Shown piece by piece: positions 1 through 4,895 of a DNA stretch of 7,117 bases. Under the pieces are notes generated by a model, which saw nothing but the letters and a program-made list of their open reading frames with translations, ran no database searches and was not told the DNA's origin. The DNA comes from a virus. Numbering within the stretch: the stretch's first letter is position 1; every line of letters starts with the position of its first letter. Position numbers and translations under genes: made by a program. Where the stretch lies: positions 1-7,117 of IMG/VR virus record IMGVR_UViG_3300011982_000002; one strand, 5' to 3'.

Positions 1-99
1 TCTGAGGATGTCGTGCGTCAATTCTATGAGTATAATATGAAGCATTTTACGGATTATCGAAGTCGTGCTTATGATAATTTGAAGCTTGCTAACAAGTCA
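1..99. repeat. Terminal direct repeat, copy 1 (circular-assembly overlap)
   Basis: Base-by-base comparison shows 1..99 is identical to 7019..7117. The reading frame of the Rep ORF is continuous across the implied junction. Confidence 0.95.
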
Positions 100-138
100 A
101 AGGAAGCTAATAGTGATGTTATTGATTATCTTATTTAG
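1..138 (+). CDS. VP4: 3' end of the replication initiator (VP4/Rep) ORF, wrapped around the circular junction (last 45 codons plus TAG)
   Basis: Frame 1 is open from nt 1 to TAG at 136..138 (SEDVVRQFYEYNMKHFTDYRSRAYDNLKLANKSKEANSDVIDYLI*). Positions 1..99 duplicate 7019..7117 in the same codon phase as the ORF that starts near 5372. Confidence 0.85.
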   Translation, partial: SEDVVRQFYEYNMKHFTDYRSRAYDNLKLANKSKEANSDVIDYLI

Positions 139-160
139 TGTTTAACTTAATATTTTTATT

Positions 161-2260
161 ATGCAAAAGGTTCCTAAAATTGACGTGAGTCCTGCAAAGC
201 GGCCGCGTAATGGTTTTGACCGTAGTGAAACGCATTTGTATACGCAGCCAGCTGGTATGCTCTTGCCTGTTTTTCAAATGTTTCTCAATCCTCATGATCA
301 TGTGAGTATTGATACAACGAGTATTGTTCAGGCGCAGACGTTACAAGGTCGTCCGTTCCTCGGTATGAAGCAGAATTTTGCTTTTTATTTTGTTCCTGCT
401 CGTCTGATGTGTAGTTATTCTAAGGCATTTTTTAGTGGTGTTAATCCTAAGAATACGCTTGTAAGTAGTTCTTTGGCCTTTGACAGTCATGGAGGTTCTA
501 AGTTGAAAGCGCCTACTTTCAAGCCTTATCAAGTGTTTGCTCGTTTTGCTGGTGTTCCCGATGCAGACGGTCATATTTATGATAATGCCGAATTTGGAGG
601 TTCTGCTTCTAATCCTCAAGGTAGTGGTGACGGTAATTTACATTTTCATCAGGGTGGTTTTTTTGGTGGTTTTCGCCGTGGTACGGGTTCTGATGTCGGT
701 ACGCGTCCTACCTTGGGAAATGGTATTCCTGCGGGTAAGTTTGAGGATAAGGATATTAAGAAGCCTTTTGGTGAGATATTGGCGAAGTCTCCTGGAATAA
801 CTGATATTTTTGGTTATGATATTCTGAATTCCTATATCCGTTTTAGTGACATGATGAAATACGGTGCTATGCCTTTTGTCGGTGGTAATGTTAATGTCAA
901 TTCTGTTACTAAGGATATGATGAACTATGAGGCTAATTTGTATTATTGGCTTGCTTATCAGAAGATTTATCAGGACCATTTTTTGGATTCGAATTATGAG
1001 CAGGTTAACCCTCGTAGTTATAACGTTGATGATTTGTACGATAAAGCTACGAATTCATTTGTTTTTGATTTCTTCCCCGATAAGTCACATGCCGACCGTG
1101 CACTTGATATTTTCTCACCTCGTTATATCAAGTACAGCAAGGATTTGTTGAGCAATATTCATCCGTCACCGTTGTTCCTTGATGATGTTTCTTCTACGAT
1201 AAAGTCTTTCGTAGGTTCTGATACGCTTTGGAATGGTGCTAACACGACTATTATTAAGGATAGTCCGGGTGTGTTGTCTGCTGCTAATCTTCGTAATGTT
1301 ATGGCGCTTGACAGAATGGCACAGATTACCAGTCGTGCGCCTAAGACGTATAAAGGTCAGATGTTGGCGCATTATGGTGTTAATGTTTCTGATGATTTGA
1401 CACAAAGTTTTTATGTCGGTGGTTTTCAAAAGGCGCTTGAAGTCAGTCCCGTTATTGCTACTGCAGACGGTAAAGCTGATGATAGTTCAACGAATTTTGG
1501 TCAGCAAGGTAGTTATATTGATAGTGGTCAGTCTGGGCATGTCAATTTTGATGCAAAGGAACATGGTGTTCTGATGTGTATTTCCTGGTTCTCTCCGTCT
1601 ACTCTTTATGATGCGGATGGTATTGATGCGTTTAATGTGAAATTTGCACGTGAGGATTATTTTGTTCCCGAGGTTGAAGATTTAGGTATGCAGCCTGTTG
1701 AGTTTTCTCGTTTGCTTCCGCCCTGGATTAAGTTTTCGCAGTATCGTCTTCCAGATTTGACAGGTGAAGTTCAGGCTTATTACGATAAGCACAAAGATGA
1801 GATTGCTAAAGGTTATGGAGGCCTTTTAGGTAATCATTCTGGTGTTTTGAGTGTTGGTCAGGCTCTTGGACGTTCTAATGCTGTGTTTGATGTAAACAAA
1901 GTTTATGGTTGGCAGCCTCGATACCATGAATTCAAGGCTGGTGCTGATTATATTCACGGAGAGTTCAAGACAGGACGCAGTATGCAGGTTTTGAGTGTTC
2001 ATCGTCCTACGTATTTTAATGCCGAATTGGGTTTGAATTTGCGTTCGTATTTCCATAATAACGCTTTGGTTCCTGGTGTTTCTTCTAAGGAATACAGAGG
2101 CGTTCCTGTCAGCTTTTTGTTTGTAGACCCTGCTGTTACGAATGAAGTTGTTGAGGTGAATTATGACGGTACGGAGAAGACAGACCCATTCCGCATATCG
2201 ACCCGTTTTTCTGTGAATTATATTACAGATATGTCTGTTGCAGGTATGCCTCGTGTTTAA
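161..2260 (+). CDS. VP1: Major capsid protein (Microviridae VP1 / F-protein family)
   Basis: 699-aa ORF from ATG 161 to TAA 2258..2260. N-terminal blocks RNGFDRS, QPAGMLLPV, FLNPHDH and FAFYFVPARLM match the conserved N-terminal pattern of microvirus F/VP1 capsid proteins as I recall it (RNxFDlS, GxLxP, PGD-like, FFVPxR). It is the largest ORF and lies directly downstream of Rep. Confidence 0.93.
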   Translation: MQKVPKIDVSPAKRPRNGFDRSETHLYTQPAGMLLPVFQMFLNPHDHVSIDTTSIVQAQTLQGRPFLGMKQNFAFYFVPARLMCSYSKAFFSGVNPKNTLVSSSLAFDSHGGSKLKAPTFKPYQVFARFAGVPDADGHIYDNAEFGGSASNPQGSGDGNLHFHQGGFFGGFRRGTGSDVGTRPTLGNGIPAGKFEDKDIKKPFGEILAKSPGITDIFGYDILNSYIRFSDMMKYGAMPFVGGNVNVNSVTKDMMNYEANLYYWLAYQKIYQDHFLDSNYEQVNPRSYNVDDLYDKATNSFVFDFFPDKSHADRALDIFSPRYIKYSKDLLSNIHPSPLFLDDVSSTIKSFVGSDTLWNGANTTIIKDSPGVLSAANLRNVMALDRMAQITSRAPKTYKGQMLAHYGVNVSDDLTQSFYVGGFQKALEVSPVIATADGKADDSSTNFGQQGSYIDSGQSGHVNFDAKEHGVLMCISWFSPSTLYDADGIDAFNVKFAREDYFVPEVEDLGMQPVEFSRLLPPWIKFSQYRLPDLTGEVQAYYDKHKDEIAKGYGGLLGNHSGVLSVGQALGRSNAVFDVNKVYGWQPRYHEFKAGADYIHGEFKTGRSMQVLSVHRPTYFNAELGLNLRSYFHNNALVPGVSSKEYRGVPVSFLFVDPAVTNEVVEVNYDGTEKTDPFRISTRFSVNYITDMSVAGMPRV

Positions 2261-2278
2261 TTTTTGTTTTTTTTGATT

Positions 2279-2716
2279 ATGAAGAATTGTTATTTTAATC
2301 GTGTTGCTGTTGATAATTCGAATGCTTTTGTTCCTAAGTCTTCGAATGTTGTGACGGTAGATGTTGAAAGTACGGAGTTGTTTGAGAAATTGAACCCTGT
2401 TTTGTCAAATGGGCATCGTGCTAATATTATTACGCGTCTTGTTGATAAGAATGTACCTCGTGAAGTAGCTGATGTTATTTCGCAGTTGGTGTCTAATGTT
2501 CCGCATGATAGTTCAAATAAAGGTTGGACTGATGAGCAGATCAAGCAGACGATTGTTTCTCGTGGTTATGAGAATGAAATTGAGTTGGACATTGTCCGTA
2601 AGGAGTTGGACGCTGTTCTTGGTGATATGTTCCCTGACGAACCAGCACCTACAGAACCAGCACCTACAGAACCAGCATCTACAGAACCAGCACCTGCAGA
2701 ACCTAAAAATGAGTAG
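2279..2716 (+). CDS. Hypothetical acidic protein with a C-terminal (EPAPT)n repeat tail; possibly a scaffolding-type protein
   Basis: The track ORF 2264..2716 starts at TTG. The first ATG is at 2279 (MKNCYFNRV...), giving 145 aa, with stop TAG 2714..2716. It is Asp/Glu-rich and sits between the capsid and pilot genes. I recognise no family from the sequence alone. Confidence 0.6.
   Translation: MKNCYFNRVAVDNSNAFVPKSSNVVTVDVESTELFEKLNPVLSNGHRANIITRLVDKNVPREVADVISQLVSNVPHDSSNKGWTDEQIKQTIVSRGYENEIELDIVRKELDAVLGDMFPDEPAPTEPAPTEPASTEPAPAEPKNE
2639..2704 (+). repeat. Tandem 15-nt repeat (gaaccagcacctaca, 4 units plus a partial unit) encoding EPAPT EPAPT EPAST EPAPA EP
   Basis: Units lie at 2639..2653, 2654..2668 (identical), 2669..2683 (1 mismatch) and 2684..2698 (1 mismatch), with a partial unit at 2699..2704. 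The repeat is in frame inside the 2279..2716 ORF. Confidence 0.9.
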
Positions 2717-2718
2717 TT

Positions 2719-3699
2719 ATGAAGTGTTTTAGATTGATTAGGGGAGATACTCTCTCCCCTATCTGTGACTTGCGAAAGTGTAATCCTTTGCTTGCTGCTG
2801 GTATTAGTGCAGGTGCTTCGATATTAGGTGCTAAACTTAACAATGATGCAATAGAGCGTAATAATCAGCGTCAAGAGGGATTAATAAACAAACAGAATAG
2901 TTATAATAATCCTACCGAGCAAGTTGCCCGTATGCGGCAAGCAGGTTTGAACCCTTACATGATGTTAGGACAGGTAAATTCTGGTAATCAGGCTGCTATT
3001 GCTACTACCCAGGCAGGAAATTATGATACGGCTGCAAATGGTGTTGGTAATGCTGTCACACAAGCGCTTACAGCTAAGTTGAATGATAGCACGATAGATC
3101 TGAATAATGCTAATTCACAGAATGCTCATGCTGATGCTGCTTTGAAGCGTGTCGATTTGATTTCGCGTGCTGCTAAAAATGAAGCTGAGATTAATAGTCT
3201 TGTTAAGCAAGGTAAGCTTTCAGAACAGCAGGCAGAGCAATTGCGTTTGCAGAATGATTTAACGCAGTTAACGTGGGATGAGCAGATTAAAAAGCCTGGT
3301 TTAGAGAATGGTGCTTTACTTAGTTCTAATTCTAAGTTGAATGAAGAAACTGTGGCTTTGAAGTTACAGAATGCTATTACTAAAGAGAATGGGAAGAAGA
3401 TTTCTGATGCTCAATTGCGTCTTTTGTCTGCGCAGGTTGTTGATATGTTAGAAAGTGCGAAATTGAAGTCTTCTCAGAATGATTATTATAATATAACTAA
3501 TCCTTTGCAAGGTGCTTTGATTGGTTCTCAAATCGAGGCTAATAAGACATCTTCGCCTATTGGTGCAGTTGTTGGTTCTGTTCGAGATAGTAAGGCTTTT
3601 AAGGCTCTTGTTTCTATTTTTGACGGTGATTTTGGTAAATCTGTAGATTTTTTAAAGTCTCTTGTAGGTTTAGGTGATAAGTCTAATCCGAAAAAGTGA
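2719..3699 (+). CDS. VP2: Minor capsid / DNA pilot protein (Microviridae VP2-like)
   Basis: 326-aa ORF ending at TGA 3697..3699. It has a Gly/Ala-rich hydrophobic segment (LLAAGISAGASILGA) followed by an MRQAGLNPYMMLG block, which I recognise as typical of VP2 pilot proteins. The centre is long, Q/N/A/L-rich and coiled-coil-like. The start is uncertain: ATG 2719, or in-frame TTG 2788 just before the Gly/Ala segment. Confidence 0.8.
   Translation: MKCFRLIRGDTLSPICDLRKCNPLLAAGISAGASILGAKLNNDAIERNNQRQEGLINKQNSYNNPTEQVARMRQAGLNPYMMLGQVNSGNQAAIATTQAGNYDTAANGVGNAVTQALTAKLNDSTIDLNNANSQNAHADAALKRVDLISRAAKNEAEINSLVKQGKLSEQQAEQLRLQNDLTQLTWDEQIKKPGLENGALLSSNSKLNEETVALKLQNAITKENGKKISDAQLRLLSAQVVDMLESAKLKSSQNDYYNITNPLQGALIGSQIEANKTSSPIGAVVGSVRDSKAFKALVSIFDGDFGKSVDFLKSLVGLGDKSNPKK
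2739..2761 (+). other. Perfect 9-bp GC-rich hairpin (t-aggggaga / tactc / tctcccct-a)
   Basis: Pairing is 2739..2747 with 2753..2761 around a 5-nt loop at 2748..2752. No T-run follows, so it is not a canonical terminator. It lies 20 nt after ATG 2719. Confidence 0.6.
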
Positions 3700-3736
3700 T
3701 TTATTTGTATAATATTTATTTTTAATTTACGTTATT

Positions 3737-3823
3737 ATGAAAAAAGTTAATTTTTGGAAGTTGTTAATTAATGTCGGAATCAGCGCTCTTACTGCTCTTG
3801 CTACTGCTGTTGGTGTTCAGTAG
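3737..3823 (+). CDS. 28-aa micro-ORF encoding a single-pass membrane peptide (MKKVNFWKLLINVGISALTALATAVGVQ)
   Basis: ATG 3737 to TAG 3821..3823. It is below the ORF-track length cutoff. It has an N-terminal KK, then about 20 uncharged hydrophobic residues rich in Ala/Gly/Thr/Val, unlike the Leu/Phe/Ile-rich off-frame artefacts. It sits 38 nt after the VP2 stop on the coding strand. Confidence 0.4.
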   Translation: MKKVNFWKLLINVGISALTALATAVGVQ

Positions 3824-3939
3824 TCGGTTTCGTAGTTTTGCCTTTCATTTCTTAAAAAGTGGTGTTAAAGGTTGTTTGTTTTTTGTACTTCTATTGTTTT
3901 TAATAGGTGTATTAAGTTATTTTATTTCTCTGTTAATTT

Positions 3940-3970
3940 AGCGTGGCTTCGGCTGCGCTATTTTTGTTTT
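3940..3970 (+). terminator. Intrinsic terminator: 8-bp stem closed by a C(UUCG)G tetraloop, followed by a T-run
   Basis: agcgtggc-ttcg-gctgcgct occupies 3940..3959 and includes two G-U wobbles. It is followed by a-tttttgtttt at 3960..3970. Confidence 0.75.
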
Positions 3971-3971
3971 G

Positions 3972-4000
3972 TTAACAATTAATGTGTTATTGATTGTTAA
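3972..4000. repeat. AT-rich inverted repeat ttaacaat / attgttaa (extendable to about 12 bp)
   Basis: 3972..3979 pairs perfectly with 3993..4000. After a T-G pair at 3980-3992, 3981..3983 pairs with 3989..3991. It lies between the terminator and the TAnnTTTG motif at 4029. Confidence 0.5.
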
Positions 4001-4028
4001 TTTACTTGCATTTGTCGTTATTTTTTCG

Positions 4029-4036
4029 TATCTTTG
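4029..4036 (+). promoter_or_regulatory. Candidate Bacteroidetes-type -7 promoter element (TAnnTTTG = TATCTTTG)
   Basis: Exact match to the TAnnTTTG consensus, 34 nt upstream of ATG 4070. The only upstream TTTG (4011..4014) is closer than the usual -33 spacing, so support is partial. Confidence 0.3.
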
Positions 4037-4069
4037 TATATATAAAAGTTAAACAATAACTAATTGATT

Positions 4070-4258
4070 ATGAAGAAAAGATATTATGTTACTAATGTTG
4101 TGTTGAAAAAAGATGGTGATGGTGAAATCCTGTCTTGGACTTATGCTGGTGTTGATTATTATGCTTTTGGTCCTTTTTATGTTGATCATAAAGGTTATCT
4201 TCATCATTTGTTTGATACTCCTGCTGGTAAGGAGGTTGATGTTAAGATTAAATATTGA
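4070..4258 (+). CDS. Hypothetical small protein (62 aa)
   Basis: The track ORF 4064..4258 begins at TTG. ATG 4070 gives MKKRYYVTNVVLKKDGDGEILSWTYAGVDYYAFGPFYVDHKGYLHHLFDTPAGKEVDVKIKY, ending at TGA 4256..4258. The composition is balanced and looks non-artefactual. No family recognised. Confidence 0.55.
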   Translation: MKKRYYVTNVVLKKDGDGEILSWTYAGVDYYAFGPFYVDHKGYLHHLFDTPAGKEVDVKIKY

Positions 4259-4262
4259 ATTT

Positions 4263-4505
4263 ATGGATACGATTTTTTTGAGTGATGATTTTAAAGGTGT
4301 TAAATCTTTTTGTGCGCGTGTTGGTTTTGCCTTTTCAAAATGGCAAGTTGATAATTATTATTTTGATGTAGAGGTTGCAGTTGAAAATGGTGTTTATGTG
4401 GATTTGAGAATTTTTGACCCTTATCAAAATGTATTTCATGGTTATGTTAATCCTGATGGATGGTCAAATTGGCTTTTGGATAATGTAGATGAAGATTGTG
4501 AGTGA
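4263..4505 (+). CDS. Hypothetical small acidic protein (80 aa)
   Basis: An internal ATG at 4263 of track ORF 4113..4505 gives MDTIFLSDDFKGVKSF...LLDNVDEDCE. It starts 4 nt after the preceding stop. The upstream 50 codons overlap the 4070 ORF and look like T-rich off-frame translation. Confidence 0.55.
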   Translation: MDTIFLSDDFKGVKSFCARVGFAFSKWQVDNYYFDVEVAVENGVYVDLRIFDPYQNVFHGYVNPDGWSNWLLDNVDEDCE

Positions 4506-4526
4506 TTTTCTTGTTTTTATCTATTT

Positions 4527-4558
4527 AAAGGGTGTGATTAATCACACCTTTTTTTTTT
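4527..4558 (+). terminator. Strong intrinsic terminator (ggtgtga-ttaa-tcacacc followed by T10, preceded by AAA)
   Basis: Perfect palindrome at 4531..4548, then ten consecutive T at 4549..4558. It lies 22 nt after the stop at 4503..4505. Confidence 0.8.
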
Positions 4559-4800
4559 GCTGTAATGGCGTATGCCCATCGACGGGGGTATAGGGGGCAG
4601 CATTGCCCCCATAGCGATAGCACAAATAAACGAAGTGGTTAAATGGACGCCCGAAAGCGTAGAGAGGTACGAACGTAGCTTATGCGTCCGAGTTGTAGCT
4701 TTAGCGAAAACGACCCTATAAAAACCTTATTATTAATAGTTTATGATATTTTCAGTTTCCGAGTAATCGGCGTGCGCCCTCCGTGCCACGTACTTTACCT
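4559..4800. other. GC-rich, hairpin-dense non-coding island (candidate ssDNA replication/priming element or structured RNA)
   Basis: My hand count gives 81 G+C in the 160 nt of 4561..4720, against 48 of 160 in 4061..4220. No ORF of 60 aa or more exists on either strand. Hairpins: 4565..4579, 4593..4610 (7 GC-rich bp), 4645..4650 with 4684..4689, and 4759..4770 (ccga-GUAA-tcgg). Confidence 0.5.
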
Positions 4801-4818
4801 CTTGATATATATTGTAAA
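4794..4818 (+). other. Candidate plus-strand origin nick site: CTTGATA in the 15-nt loop of a short hairpin
   Basis: tttac (4794..4798) pairs with gtaaa (4814..4818). The loop is ctcttgatatatatt. cctcttgata (4798..4807) matches 8 of 10 positions of the phiX174 ori decamer CAACTTGATA as I recall it. Confidence 0.2.
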
Positions 4819-4895
4819 ACTGACAGCTATCAAATAGACTTAAACTCCTTATTTCTGTAAAATATGTTAAAAAATAATTTATCATACTATATATT

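Noticed and set aside
199-206. GCGGCCGC (NotI) 8-bp GC palindrome in an AT-rich genome
   Set aside because: It lies within the conserved N-terminal capsid codons (AKRPRNG) and is explained by coding. It has no flanking structure.
537-1151. Hydrophobic alternative-frame ORFs inside VP1 (537..800, 927..1151), considered as phiX174 E-like embedded lysis genes
   Set aside because: Extreme Leu/Val/Ile/Phe content is what off-frame reading of a T-rich sequence produces. There is no independent start context, and the genome already encodes an enzymatic peptidase. The idea cannot be excluded without comparative data, but it is unsupported.
2639-2704. Tandem repeat as a possible CRISPR array
   Set aside because: The units are only 15 nt and directly abutting, with no spacers, and they are in frame within a CDS.
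2472-2732. Track ORF with a QHLQN x4 repeat
   Set aside because: It is the alternative-frame reading of the 15-nt tandem repeat and lies inside the 2279..2716 ORF.
3708-3713. Perfect TATAAT hexamer upstream of the 28-aa micro-ORF
   Set aside because: No -35 element lies at the proper spacing. TATAAT is expected by chance in this AT-rich sequence, and sigma-70 style boxes may not apply to the inferred host group.
4113-4262. N-terminal 50-codon extension of the 4263..4505 ORF, a very hydrophobic segment that could be a membrane anchor or holin
   Set aside because: It fully overlaps the better-looking 4070..4258 ORF in another frame and has artefact-like composition. ATG 4263, 4 nt after the upstream stop, is the simpler start.
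4630-4700. Possible tRNA or tRNA-like element in the GC-rich island (agtggttaaatgg looks D-loop-like)
   Set aside because: I could not build an acceptor stem, find a GTTCRA T-loop, or fold a cloverleaf.
4691-4727. gttgtagctttagcgaaaacgaccc resembles the 5' end of some type II-C CRISPR repeats (GTTGTAGCT...), suggesting a solitary repeat or anti-repeat
   Set aside because: There is only one copy in the genome, with no array, spacer or complementary anti-repeat. The similarity covers only about 9 nt recalled from memory.
4565-4837. A single frame with only two stops (TAA 4640, TAG 4676), considered as a recoded or readthrough gene or stop-codon reassignment
   Set aside because: Two different stop codons would need suppression. 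TAG and TAA also function as genuine terminators of Rep, the peptidase, the ORF at 2279 and VP1. Sparse stops are expected in a stretch of about 50 percent GC.
4721-4895. attP or dif-like recombination site, or other lysogeny signals
   Set aside because: No integrase or recombinase gene is present. I found only trivial AT-rich palindromes (tattaata at 4731..4738, atatatat near 4805) and nothing matching a two-arm Xer-type site that I can verify by eye.
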